Shown here: one piece after another, positions 18,786 through 27,088 of the stretch | How positions within the stretch are numbered: the first letter of the stretch is position 1 | Layout of the letters: every line of letters begins with the position of its first letter | Origin: a virus | UHGV virus genome: UHGV-0059448 | Reading direction: 5' to 3' (one strand) | DNA length: 29,315 nt | Translations under genes and position numbers: made by a program | The notes under the pieces: model-generated | Databases searched by the model: none | Told to the model about the DNA's origin: nothing | What the model saw: the letters and a program-made list of their open reading frames with translations, nothing else

Positions 18786-18988
18786 GCGTAAAATCCTGCC
18801 GGTCCCCGGCGTCGTGGAGTGGTGCCAACCTGTGACTCAAGTTCGGCAATGTATTTTTTCAGGTCACTGACGGAGGTCGCGGTAAACTCAACCCGCCGGC
18901 CGTCTTTTTGCACCGTTGCCACCCGCTTTCCCATCATGAGATCGTGCAACGCAGCGCGGGCGGCATCCAGATCAGTCTGTGTCGCCAT
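18782..18988 (-). CDS. W: head-tail joining protein W
   Basis: 68-aa ORF; [42 protein letters not shown] as in lambda W. Confidence 0.95.
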   Translation of the reverse strand: MATQTDLDAARAALHDLMMGKRVATVQKDGRRVEFTATSVSDLKKYIAELESQVGTTPRRRGPAGFYA

Positions 18989-20910
18989 TATTCATCTCCA
19001 GATAATGCCCTGGCATAATCAGCCAGGGTTTTGTTATTGGTCCGGTTCCCCTCTTCCTCCAGTAGGCTCGCGAGCAGTGAATCAAGATTCAGTTGCCATC
19101 GCGAAATACTGATCCGCAGGGCAGCCAGCGCGTACACGAAGCAGTCCAGCGCCTCATTTCGTCGCTTTTTGCTGTCCCAGACGATTTTCTTACGCCCGTC
19201 CACCCATTTTTCAACCTGCTCCTCAGCAGTAAGCTGCTGCGCCTCAGCCAGATCATAAATTTCGGGGTTATTGGGAAAATGCACGGCACCGGCAAGAGGT
19301 TCACTCCCTTCCGGCTGAAGTGTGAAGCGGTTATAAATCTGCTCCTTTGCGGTATCAGTCCCCACTTCCGTCAGATAAACGCCGTTCTTGTTGCGTTTAC
19401 GCGGCATATTCGCGACAGGCTTACCGTAAACGGAAGCCCCTTTAATCGGGATCACGCGAAACAAACCATGCTTTTTTGAGCGATTGTAGACAATGGTGGG
19501 GTCAATACCGCCGATATCCCAGCAGATACGGGATACCGACATTTCCACGCCATTCTTTCGGAGATAGGTTTTGTTAATCGCCTCGTCCACCCTGACGAGG
19601 GTCGCTTCATCATCATGACGGCCCATAATGATCTGCCGGTCAATCAGCCAGCTTTCCTCACCGGGCCCCCATCCCCAGACGCGCATTTCATATCGATCCA
19701 GTTGGGAGTCGATCCCGGCTGTCAGATAAGCAACACGCTCCGGTACGGATGCCCCGAAGAACTCTTTGCGTTCGGCCATGAGCTCCGCGTCAGGCCGTTC
19801 ACCAATTTTAGGCTCCCATGTTTCGCCCAGAGTGGTGTTCACGAAGGTTTTACGCTTTCCTGTATCCCCTTTCGTTTTTAGCCAGTCTTTAACGATCTGA
19901 ACCCAGGTGGTAAACGGGCTGTATGCCGTCCAGATGTGAAACGTCACGCTGTCTGGCGGGTCGATTTCGGTGCCTGTTGATGAAAACCAGGATAAACCGT
20001 CGCGCGTCCAGATCCCGGTGGTGTCGCAGATGTAACGAGCTTCAGTGAAATCCAGCTCCTGCTGCTTAATGACGCAGGCATTATGTTCACACAGGTAAAA
20101 GACGCTGGAGGGTTCGCCCGGTGTCCATTTCAGCCCGAACGGGGTCTCTTTGTCGCCGAATTTAAGGTACTGCTCTTCACCACAGTGCGGACAGGCAACA
20201 TGAAAACGCATGAAATGCCCGGACTCGCTGGCAGCACGCTCAATCTGGCAGGTCCCCTTTGTTTTTGGCGTTGAGCCGCGAATAGATTTGGGCCAGACAG
20301 ACCCCTCAATACGTTTATCACCCAGGAACGTCGGGGATCCCTCTTTCTCAATATCTTCATCGAATGCCGCCAGTTCATCGTAACCGGCGACATCGACCGA
20401 TTTCTCACGATAGTTTTTCGCCGCTTTACCACCCAGACACCAGAACCCGCGACCGTTGGAGAAGCGTTTCATACTGAGCGTATTGTCCCGGTGCTTTTTT
20501 CCATACCAGGGGGCCAGCGCCAGAAGTGACGGAATATCGCGAATCGTCGGCTCAACATGCGACTTCATAAAGTTTTCGGCGTCACCATCAGTAGGCAGCC
20601 AGATAAGGGAATTTCGCTGCTTGTGCTGAATAAAATACGCATAAACACCCAGCAACATTTTTGAATAGCCAACACGGGCAGACTTAACAACGTTGACCTC
20701 ACGTATGTAATCGTTACCCATCGCATTCATGATCGCGCGTTGAAACGGCAACGTTTCCCAGCGCCCTTCCTGGTAGGCCGACTCTTTGGGGAGATAGTAA
20801 TTATCGTCTGCCCATTCAACCGCCGTTTGCGGCTCAGGTCGGTACAGCGAAAGTAGACCCGCGCGCGCAGAGTGCTGCAGCCCCTTAACCTGACTGTTCG
20901 ATATATTCAC
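18988..20910 (-). CDS. A: terminase large subunit A
   Basis: 640-aa ORF starting at a GTG (20910..20908) that overlaps the Nu1 3' end, as in lambda; MNISNSQV... and extended collinearity with lambda A as recalled. Confidence 0.97.
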   Translation of the reverse strand: MNISNSQVKGLQHSARAGLLSLYRPEPQTAVEWADDNYYLPKESAYQEGRWETLPFQRAIMNAMGNDYIREVNVVKSARVGYSKMLLGVYAYFIQHKQRNSLIWLPTDGDAENFMKSHVEPTIRDIPSLLALAPWYGKKHRDNTLSMKRFSNGRGFWCLGGKAAKNYREKSVDVAGYDELAAFDEDIEKEGSPTFLGDKRIEGSVWPKSIRGSTPKTKGTCQIERAASESGHFMRFHVACPHCGEEQYLKFGDKETPFGLKWTPGEPSSVFYLCEHNACVIKQQELDFTEARYICDTTGIWTRDGLSWFSSTGTEIDPPDSVTFHIWTAYSPFTTWVQIVKDWLKTKGDTGKRKTFVNTTLGETWEPKIGERPDAELMAERKEFFGASVPERVAYLTAGIDSQLDRYEMRVWGWGPGEESWLIDRQIIMGRHDDEATLVRVDEAINKTYLRKNGVEMSVSRICWDIGGIDPTIVYNRSKKHGLFRVIPIKGASVYGKPVANMPRKRNKNGVYLTEVGTDTAKEQIYNRFTLQPEGSEPLAGAVHFPNNPEIYDLAEAQQLTAEEQVEKWVDGRKKIVWDSKKRRNEALDCFVYALAALRISISRWQLNLDSLLASLLEEEGNRTNNKTLADYARALSGDE

Positions 20911-21430
20911 TCAGCAACCCCGGTATTATTTCATCCAGCGCAGCTGCTTTGTTCATGGCTTTAATGATGTCCTTCTTGAGGAAATCAATATGTCGGTTTT
21001 CCAGCTCCGGGAAGCGCCGCTGAACCGACAGAGGAACTCCATCAAGAATGCTGGCTACTTCTCCGGCCATCCGCGACAGCACGAACGTGCAGAATGCGGT
21101 TTCCACCACCTCAGCGGAATCTTTTGCATTTTTTAGTTCCTGGGCATCTGCCTGCGCTCGGGTGAGGCGGTGACGCTCATAGTCAATCGTACCAGGCTGA
21201 AGGTCGGATTCCGATGCAAGACGAAGGTCTTCCACCTCCTTCCGTAATTTCTCATTCTCAATCGCCGCGTCGCGTGCGGAATACCATTCGATAGCCGCGG
21301 AAGATTCATAGAGGACCTCATTACCTTTTCCACCGCCACGTGCTACAGGCATTCCCTGATCCTGCCAGTTCTGAATGGTTCGCACGCTGACCCCAAATAT
21401 TTCAGAAAGACGCTTTTTGTTGACCTCCAT
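20885..21430 (-). CDS. Nu1: terminase small subunit Nu1
   Basis: 181-aa ORF beginning MEVNKKRLSEIFGVSVRTIQNWQDQGMPV... (HTH), ending ...SEYIEQSG as in lambda Nu1; first gene after cos. Confidence 0.95.
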   Translation of the reverse strand: MEVNKKRLSEIFGVSVRTIQNWQDQGMPVARGGGKGNEVLYESSAAIEWYSARDAAIENEKLRKEVEDLRLASESDLQPGTIDYERHRLTRAQADAQELKNAKDSAEVVETAFCTFVLSRMAGEVASILDGVPLSVQRRFPELENRHIDFLKKDIIKAMNKAAALDEIIPGLLSEYIEQSG

Positions 21431-21650
21431 AGCTCACTCCATACACAAAAACAGAGAAAGGAAACGCCCTCTGGCTATTTAGCCGTTTTTAAGGCTTATC
21501 ATTTCCTTTCTTTTCAGGGGGTGTTTACAGTTAAAACAATGAATTAGCGAGAAGAAGAACGGAAACGGCAAATGCCTGAAAATTTTCATAAATAGCGAGA
21601 ATCTGCGCGGACGCCGCCCCGTAACAAGGCGGATCGCCGGAAAGGACCCG
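21431..21650. other. cos: cohesive end site cos (cosB-cosN-cosQ region)
   Basis: Plus-strand CGGACGCCGCCC at 21608..21619 (minus strand GGGCGGCGTCCG) differs at 2 of 12 positions from lambda cosN GGGCGGCGACCT as recalled; flanks toward Nu1 contain lambda-cosB-like strings (TTTCGCTATTTATGAAAATTTTC on the minus strand). Confidence 0.8.
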
Positions 21651-21677
21651 CAAACGACAATAATTATCAATTGCACA

Positions 21678-22406
21678 CTATCGACGGCACTGCTGCCAGA
21701 TAACACCACCGGGGAAACATTCCATCATGATGGCCGTGCGGACATAGGAAGCCAGTTCATCCATCGCTTTCTTGTCTGCTGCCATTTGCTTTGTGACATC
21801 CAGCGCCGCACATTCAGCAGCGTTTTTCAGCGCGTTTTCGATCAACGTTTCAATGTTGGTATCAACACCAGGTTTAACTTTGAACTTATCGGCACTGACG
21901 GTTACCTTGTTCTGCGCTGGCTCATCACGCTGGATACCAAGGCTGATGTTGTAGATATTGGTCACCGGCAGAGGTGTTTCGATTGCCGCTGCGTGGATAG
22001 CACCATTTGCGATAGCGGCGTCCTTGATGAATGACACTCCATTGCGAATAAGTTCGAAGGAGACGGTGTCACGAATGCGCTGGTCCAGCTCGTCGATTGC
22101 CTTTTGTGCAGCAGAGGTATCAATCTCAACGCCAAGCGTCATCGAAGCGCAATATTGCTGCTCACCAAAACGCGTATTGACCAGGTGTTCAACGGCAAAT
22201 TTCTGCCCTTCTGATGTCAGAAAGGTAAAGTGATTTTCTTTCTGGTATTCAGTTGCTGTGTGTCTGGTTTCAGCAAAACCAAGCTCGCGCAATTCGGCTG
22301 TGCCAGATTTAGAAGGCAGATCACCAGACAGCAACGCGCCACGGAAAAACAGCGCATAAAGCACTTCATTAGCAGCGCCAGATAGCGTAATGATTTTGTT
22401 ACTCAT
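21678..22406 (-). CDS. hypothetical protein (243 aa), function unknown
   Basis: ATG at 22406 (MSNKIITLSGAANEV...) with AAGGAAA SD, preferred over the upstream start at 22445; lies between an upstream terminator and cosQ; not recognised as any lambda gene. Confidence 0.7.
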   Translation of the reverse strand: MSNKIITLSGAANEVLYALFFRGALLSGDLPSKSGTAELRELGFAETRHTATEYQKENHFTFLTSEGQKFAVEHLVNTRFGEQQYCASMTLGVEIDTSAAQKAIDELDQRIRDTVSFELIRNGVSFIKDAAIANGAIHAAAIETPLPVTNIYNISLGIQRDEPAQNKVTVSADKFKVKPGVDTNIETLIENALKNAAECAALDVTKQMAADKKAMDELASYVRTAIMMECFPGGVIWQQCRR

Positions 22407-22517
22407 GGAATATTTCCTTTTAGGCGTGAGCCTGTCGCACAGCAAAGCCGCCGAAAGTTAACGGTTTGCCCAGGCTCACAACTGAAAGACTTTCTACGGT
22501 GTGCGCGTGCGATGCGC

Positions 22518-22545
22518 ATAAAAAAGCCCCGCATAGGCGAGGCTG
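22518..22545 (-). terminator. rho-independent terminator after the peptidase gene
   Basis: Minus-strand RNA AGCCUCGC-CUAU-GCGGGGCU followed by UUUUUUAU, about 20 nt after the stop of the 22563..23465 gene. Confidence 0.6.
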
Positions 22546-22562
22546 GAATCAGACAGGGGGGA

Positions 22563-23465
22563 TTAAGACTGGATATTCCAAATCATTGCGTTACCGTTAT
22601 GATTTTCAATGATTTTTGCCAGTGGTGCTCCACCAAAAGAATGCATGTAGCTGTGATGTATAGTCAAAACCAAATCTTGAAGTACTTGATCACTTTCAAG
22701 TTCGGTAACATTCAACCCAATTTTCTGCGCCTTATCAAAATGAATATGACGCGAGTGGGTATAGGTTGTGTGATGGTTGTTTAACTCTGAACAAACATGT
22801 GTTGCTTTTGATTCTGCCTCAGGATCATTATCAAACATGCCTGTCATAAGCCAATGCTTAACAATCTCATTTGCCCATTTGATTGCTTTCTCACACTCGC
22901 CGATGATCGTCGGGTTTAGCTTTTGAAGAATGAACTGCCACATCTGAACAGCTGCGGGATTTTGAAAAATTTCCGTCTGCGCACGATTCCATTCTTCAAT
23001 GATGGCATGGGTGGAGAAACCGTTGAACTGAGGATCAATTGGGCCAATGTTGGACTGTTTACCCATGATGATTTCATTGGCACAACATGCAAGCATAGTT
23101 CCGCAGGACATTGAAATCATAGGAACAATTGCTCTGATGTTAGTTCCAAACTTCGACCTTAAGTAATGCCCGATTGATTCCAAAGCGGCAATATCACCAC
23201 CTGGAGTATGAAGTATCAAATCCAACCCTTTTGATACATCTAAACCATTGATGGCTGTCATCAACCCGTTCTTATCATCATCAGTCATCTGAGTAAGATG
23301 GCGTACTTCTGCACCACCATGCTGTAACCACCCTGAGTAATATGTGATTACATTTCTTCCAGTATGATTCGAAAGTTGAGATAAGTATTTACGGCGAACC
23401 TCATCCATAGGACTTTTATGGGCGAGAGCCGTTATCTCGCCCAGTACGTCGCTCCAATTAGGCAT
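22563..23465 (-). CDS. ClpP-fold serine peptidase-like protein (S49 / serine dehydrogenase proteinase-like), accessory
   Basis: 300-aa ORF, ATG at 23465; motifs LILHTPGG and ISMSCGTMLA followed by IGPIDPQ resemble the oxyanion/nucleophile regions of ClpP/S49-family peptidases; lower GC than structural genes; second such protease in the window besides C. Family assignment is from motif recognition only. Confidence 0.65.
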   Translation of the reverse strand: MPNWSDVLGEITALAHKSPMDEVRRKYLSQLSNHTGRNVITYYSGWLQHGGAEVRHLTQMTDDDKNGLMTAINGLDVSKGLDLILHTPGGDIAALESIGHYLRSKFGTNIRAIVPMISMSCGTMLACCANEIIMGKQSNIGPIDPQFNGFSTHAIIEEWNRAQTEIFQNPAAVQMWQFILQKLNPTIIGECEKAIKWANEIVKHWLMTGMFDNDPEAESKATHVCSELNNHHTTYTHSRHIHFDKAQKIGLNVTELESDQVLQDLVLTIHHSYMHSFGGAPLAKIIENHNGNAMIWNIQS

Positions 23466-23468
23466 AAA

Positions 23469-23669
23469 TCAGTACGTGTAAAGTTGATGACTTGTAGTTT
23501 GGTTTTGCTTCGATTGTGTAGCGGTACCTTGTGAGTACCAAACACCTGTGTTTCCACTCGTACTAGTTTGCTGTGCCATTACACGAGAAGCGAAGTTGTT
23601 AACAGTTTCACCAGTCAACATTTCTGCCGGTTTGATATTGTAAACATCGTAGAACTCAGCTGGGGTCAT
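23469..23669 (-). CDS. small hypothetical protein (66 aa), first gene of the peptidase operon
   Basis: ATG at 23669 with AAGGAG SD 8 nt upstream; stop TGA 3 nt before the peptidase ATG (possible translational coupling); C-terminal half Gln/Thr/Ser-rich. Confidence 0.65.
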   Translation of the reverse strand: MTPAEFYDVYNIKPAEMLTGETVNNFASRVMAQQTSTSGNTGVWYSQGTATQSKQNQTTSHQLYTY

Positions 23670-23754
23670 AATGATAGCTCCTTTTATAGCGCTACATATA
23701 GTGCCTGTGCCAAGGGGGACATACTATATGTGCCATTGTTGTCATATTTAAATG

Positions 23755-23780
23755 TGCAAAAAGCCTCAAAAGAGGCTTGA
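23755..23780 (-). terminator. terminator-like hairpin downstream of the lysis cassette
   Basis: Minus-strand RNA AAGCCUC-UUUU-GAGGCUU followed by UUUGCACAUUU; lies 260 nt after the Rz stop and upstream of the small-protein/peptidase operon. Confidence 0.5.
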
Positions 23781-24039
23781 AAAAGATGCAAAAATACTAT
23801 CTATGACGTGACTATAGCTACTTACCCACAGTTTATACAAGCCAAAAATGCTAAATTCAGATAATCCTATTCGCTGAAAAACTACACAAAAGCTACGTTC
23901 ATCTTGTCATTAGATAACGTCAGTAACTTTCACTGGATCTAAGCCATTGGTGAAAAAGCTAATTGCATGATGAAGCACTGTAATGTAGCAGTTGAGGTTG
24001 TTAAATGAGAATCACCCTAACAATGTCAACGGACATTAT

Positions 24040-24576
24040 TCATTTTCGTAACTTCTCAATCTCTCGTATACCCGCCAGGTTATTGTTGCCCTTCTCAATA
24101 ACAGCCAGCAAAGGTTCAATCCAGAGGACGGCCTGGCAATACGTCATTGAGCTGGCGGCAGCGGTACTATCATCGGTTGCGTTAGTGTTCCCGGTATCGG
24201 GGTGCATTGCGCTGGCACGTAAACGGTACGCGTATTTGAGCAGCCCACCAGCGACATCAGCAGGAACAGGCAGATCACAGGTCTTTTCACGTCGGAGAAT
24301 CTCCCGGTATTCGATGACAGTTTTCTCAGTACCGGCATCGATCAGCGAGTTAAGGCGGTTGGCGTTCTCTGCTATCTGGTTAAACCGATTGAAGTTGAAA
24401 GCCTGTGTAGTTATCACCGTCGCCTGCAGCGCGTTATCATTACGTAATACCCGATTCTCACTCTGTTCTGTTTCAAGAGCTGAGCGGCTACGAACCAGTA
24501 ATACGCTAAGCACTGCAATAATGATTACGACAGCCACCAGCAGAACCGCAACAATCGTAATTTTTCTGGGTTTCAT
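24040..24576 (-). CDS. Rz: spanin, inner membrane subunit (Rz-like)
   Basis: 178-aa ORF with N-terminal transmembrane helix (ITIVAVLLVAVVIIIAVLSVLLV) and a charged helical periplasmic part; start overlaps the endolysin stop; contains an embedded lipoprotein ORF in another frame. Confidence 0.8.
   Translation of the reverse strand: MKPRKITIVAVLLVAVVIIIAVLSVLLVRSRSALETEQSENRVLRNDNALQATVITTQAFNFNRFNQIAENANRLNSLIDAGTEKTVIEYREILRREKTCDLPVPADVAGGLLKYAYRLRASAMHPDTGNTNATDDSTAAASSMTYCQAVLWIEPLLAVIEKGNNNLAGIREIEKLRK
24144..24290 (-). CDS. Rz1: spanin, outer membrane lipoprotein subunit (Rz1-like), embedded in Rz
   Basis: Frame embedded within Rz; probable GTG start at 24290 (GGGAG about 10 nt upstream) giving MKRPVICLFLLMSLVGC with lipobox LVGC; Pro-rich mature part (...PIPGTLTQPMIVPLPPAQ). 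The ORF track lists an ATG at 24338 as an alternative start. Confidence 0.7.
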   Translation of the reverse strand: MKRPVICLFLLMSLVGCSNTRTVYVPAQCTPIPGTLTQPMIVPLPPAQ

Positions 24577-25148
24577 CAGAATACCCCCGGAACTGATACC
24601 GGAATGCCAGGGTTAAGCGGCCCGAGTCCATCCCCCAGAACCTGAGGTTTCTCTGCCCACAGGCAAACTTCACGCTCAATCTCACGCCTCGTGATTAAAC
24701 CCTTCCACTGTTTGTCACCAGCATAGATCCAGCGCCGCAGTTGTTCGCATGCGCCTTTCGAATCACCCTGGTTGATTTTTCGTAACAGTGTGGAGGTTTT
24801 GAAGTTTCCCGCGCCTACGTTATACGCAAATGAGTACAGCGCCCCTCTCATCGTTTCGGGGATCGGAGCATTGATATATGGGTTAATCTGTCGGGCGACA
24901 ATATTCAGGTCTTTATCCAGCAGCGCCTGGCACTCTGCTTTGGTGTAGGTCTTGCCGAGGATAATATCTTTACCAGTATGGCCCCAGCATACAGTCCACA
25001 CTCCAACAACATCCCGATAAGGCTGATAGCGTACACCTTCAAGGCCATCATTACCCGTTGGGCCAGTAATCAACGCCGCAGCGATAGCAATAGCGCCAGC
25101 GGGTATCGCTGCAATAACGCTATTCTTCAGCTTTGGTGGCATAGCCAT
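24576..25148 (-). CDS. R: SAR endolysin (T4-type lysozyme, phage 21 R-like)
   Basis: 190-aa ORF; N-terminal signal-anchor-release segment ([18 protein letters not shown]) followed by GNDGLEGV...[14 protein letters not shown] catalytic region resembling phage 21 R as recalled. Confidence 0.9.
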   Translation of the reverse strand: MAMPPKLKNSVIAAIPAGAIAIAAALITGPTGNDGLEGVRYQPYRDVVGVWTVCWGHTGKDIILGKTYTKAECQALLDKDLNIVARQINPYINAPIPETMRGALYSFAYNVGAGNFKTSTLLRKINQGDSKGACEQLRRWIYAGDKQWKGLITRREIEREVCLWAEKPQVLGDGLGPLNPGIPVSVPGVF

Positions 25149-25398
25149 TGCGCCGATCCTCCCGTTCTTTCCAGCGGAAATACCAGTTCACTGCACAGGT
25201 AATAACAGTGCATGCGATACCGACAATAATTGCCCAGTCGCTCAGGCTTAACCCTGCAATTCTGTCGGCCAACATCCAGGACACCTCTTTTGCTGTTTTA
25301 GCTGTTTCGGCATATGCCTTCGCTGATACACCGCAGCCGGTCAGCGTGGTTCCTGTTCCATATGAAAGTCTGCTGTAAATGGTGCTCATTCTGGTCAT
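25120..25398 (-). CDS. S: holin (phage 21 S-like pinholin) with dual-start motif
   Basis: 92-aa ORF beginning MTRM (ATGs at 25398 and 25389) with GGAGGTGAGG SD; two predicted TMDs and C-terminal KEREDRR resembling S21; 3' end overlaps the endolysin start. Confidence 0.85.
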   Translation of the reverse strand: MTRMSTIYSRLSYGTGTTLTGCGVSAKAYAETAKTAKEVSWMLADRIAGLSLSDWAIIVGIACTVITCAVNWYFRWKEREDRRNGYATKAEE

Positions 25399-25605
25399 AG
25401 CCTCACCTCCGATTTTTCGGATGGCGCTGTGTGTGTGTTTGAAAAGGGTCAGGCTTCACGGGCTGGATTTATCAACAAAGCACGTAGCGGATGATTCCCG
25501 TGAGCCTGAAATTGATGAATATGTCTGAAATAACTAGACCATTAGTAAAACAACTCGATAAATGTGGTTAAATGAGACTACGTTCTCACAACTTAATTAG
25601 TACCA

Positions 25606-25776
25606 ATGATTATCAAGCCCTGCCCCTACTGCGGAAAGTTAATTAACCCAGAATCACTTGTGTGTAGCCACTGCCGGATAGTGAATCCTTTTGTGAAGGC
25701 CAGCAGAAGAGAAAAAGCGAAGAATGTATTAGTAATCGCTCTCGTTGCTGCTTTTTTAATTTGGATGATTCTCTGA
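25606..25776 (+). CDS. small zinc-ribbon membrane protein (56 aa), putative
   Basis: Plus-strand ORF MIIKPCPYCGKLINPESLVCSHCRIVNPF... with two CxxC pairs and a C-terminal hydrophobic helix (VLVIALVAAFLIWMIL); below the ORF-track size cutoff; weak SD; AT-rich insert between tR'-like terminator and holin. Confidence 0.4.
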   Translation: MIIKPCPYCGKLINPESLVCSHCRIVNPFVKASRREKAKNVLVIALVAAFLIWMIL

Positions 25777-25807
25777 GTTGCCAGTTTTCAATGAAGATAA
25801 TGCGGGC

Positions 25808-25835
25808 AAAAAAAAGCCTGCTCGGACGAACAGGC
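25808..25835 (-). terminator. rho-independent terminator, candidate tR' of the late leader transcript
   Basis: Minus-strand RNA GCCUGUUC-GUCC-GAGCAGGC followed by UUUUUUUU; about 140 nt downstream of the candidate late promoter. Confidence 0.6.
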
Positions 25836-25978
25836 ATGAAAAATAACAATACCGTCAAGGAGGTGGCGCCGGGTGCCTCCCGGTGGAACAGCCCCAGCCG
25901 ACTAGTTCCGCGCAAACAAACCTGGACAAAAAAGTTTGACTGGACGCCCCGCCGCATAGGGGGATTCACCACACGAAT

Positions 25979-26008
25979 AGATTAACAACATGTTAATTTT
26001 CTGGTCAA
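25979..26008 (-). promoter_or_regulatory. candidate late promoter pR'
   Basis: Minus-strand TTGACC (26008..26003), 18-bp spacer, TAATCT (25984..25979); context ATATCTTATTGAC resembles the lambda pR' region as I recall it. Weak -10, so assignment is tentative. Confidence 0.3.
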
Positions 26009-26144
26009 TAAGATATAAGCAAATGATGACATGCAGTTTTCTTATTGCTGAGTAACTTCAATCTGGTTCAGGGCTCTGCGCGGAAGGGCTTTGACGTGTC
26101 GTGCAGCACGTCTCTACCCAAGAGCCCTGACCGGATCGCAGGCA

Positions 26145-26172
26145 TAAAAAAGCCCCGGCGGATTGCCGAGGC
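26145..26172 (-). terminator. rho-independent terminator about 90 nt after the stop of the putative Q gene
   Basis: Minus-strand RNA GCCUCGGC-AAUCC-GCCGGGGC followed by UUUUUUAU. Confidence 0.55.
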
Positions 26173-26261
26173 TAATTTTACAAACTGGTATATGACTATC
26201 ATCTTCATGCCGCCACTTAAAGTTAAGGCAGCATATCAAAGTAGACTCAAATATGACGTAT

Positions 26262-26951
26262 TTAATTGACTTTTGCAAGACCCTGCTGCGAAAAAGTCGC
26301 TTTTTGTTGTGATCGTGTTCTCACAGCACAGAGAAGAGAGTCGCTATCAAGCCGCTTAAAAATGGCGCACATAGCCCGCCAGTAATCAGCGTAGTTATGG
26401 CACCAGTTATCAGGCTTAACGCCACACAGGGCTGCAAGGTCCTGGTGCTGATATACATACTTACCCGCCAGCTCTGCTTTCACGTCCTGTGCCGCCAGCC
26501 ATATCAGTTTCTTCAGCCGCTCCATCGTCTTGCCGGCCACTTTCTTAGCGCCGAGTTGATCACGGAATTCTTCCCATGCCCACTGTGTTATCGCTACTTG
26601 ATACTCAAAGCGGATATTGTCGCTGTAGTTCCACAGCAACCAGGATTTCTGGTGGTCTTCCAGCGACAGGAGGGCGCGGCGCCAGCTGGCTGTCGAGTAT
26701 TCAACGGGCAGAACGAGAGCGATTGAGGAACCCTTAGCGCGGGACTGGCTGCCGCTCATCGGCGGTCCATCCGGGTTAACCATTTTTTGCTTCACCTCGC
26801 TATACACCTTCTTCCGGCCACGGCTGCGCGCCGTAGCGGTAAATTGCGCGTTCTCTGCAAAAGCTACCAGTTGCCCTTTCGTCGCACCACTCAGATCGGC
26901 GGTGGCCACTATCAGCTGCTGGCGAACAAATTCCAAGTATTGAGCTGTCAT
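26262..26951 (-). CDS. putative late-gene antiterminator (Q-like by position; family not verified)
   Basis: 229-aa ORF, ATG at 26951 overlapping the stop of the preceding small ORF (ATGA); last gene before the late promoter/terminator region and lysis genes; sequence does not resemble lambda Q as recalled. Confidence 0.5.
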   Translation of the reverse strand: MTAQYLEFVRQQLIVATADLSGATKGQLVAFAENAQFTATARSRGRKKVYSEVKQKMVNPDGPPMSGSQSRAKGSSIALVLPVEYSTASWRRALLSLEDHQKSWLLWNYSDNIRFEYQVAITQWAWEEFRDQLGAKKVAGKTMERLKKLIWLAAQDVKAELAGKYVYQHQDLAALCGVKPDNWCHNYADYWRAMCAIFKRLDSDSLLCAVRTRSQQKATFSQQGLAKVN

Positions 26952-27088
26952 GCTGCTTCTCCCAGGCGCTTATAGATACGGACGAAATTGCGTAATATTT
27001 TGTAGTCGACCAGCACGGTGCCGCGGCTACGCAGGAGGCGAAGCTTTTGCCAGCGGTCGCGGATGCGTTCGATAACGTCACGGCTCAT
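26948..27088 (-). CDS. small protein (46 aa), translationally coupled between rusA and the Q-like gene (ylcG-like position)
   Basis: ATG at 27088 overlaps the rusA stop (ATGA); stop TGA at 26950..26948 overlaps the start of the next gene; product [46 protein letters not shown]; below the ORF-track cutoff. Confidence 0.5.
   Translation of the reverse strand: MSRDVIERIRDRWQKLRLLRSRGTVLVDYKILRNFVRIYKRLGEAA

Noticed and set aside
24005-24616. Plus-strand ORF of 203 aa
   Set aside because: Lies entirely antisense to the Rz/Rz1 genes, has no ribosome binding site and a low-complexity Ser/Arg/Leu-rich product; treated as a shadow ORF.
25643-25972. Minus-strand ORF of 109 aa in the Q-S intergenic region
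   Set aside because: Runs through the tR'-like terminator hairpin and the candidate promoter, overlaps the plus-strand zinc-ribbon ORF, and has an Arg/Leu/Phe-rich low-complexity product.
26078-26218. Minus-strand 46-codon ORF (MKMIVIYQFVKLAS...)
   Set aside because: Spans the terminator hairpin at 26145..26172 and the long inverted repeat; no ribosome binding site; more likely non-coding leader sequence.
25399-26261. tRNA genes or toxin cargo between the Q-like gene and the holin, as found in some lambdoid phages
   Set aside because: No cloverleaf-compatible sequence (no GTTCGAATC-type T-arm) and no long ORF found in this interval; only the small zinc-ribbon ORF and regulatory hairpins.
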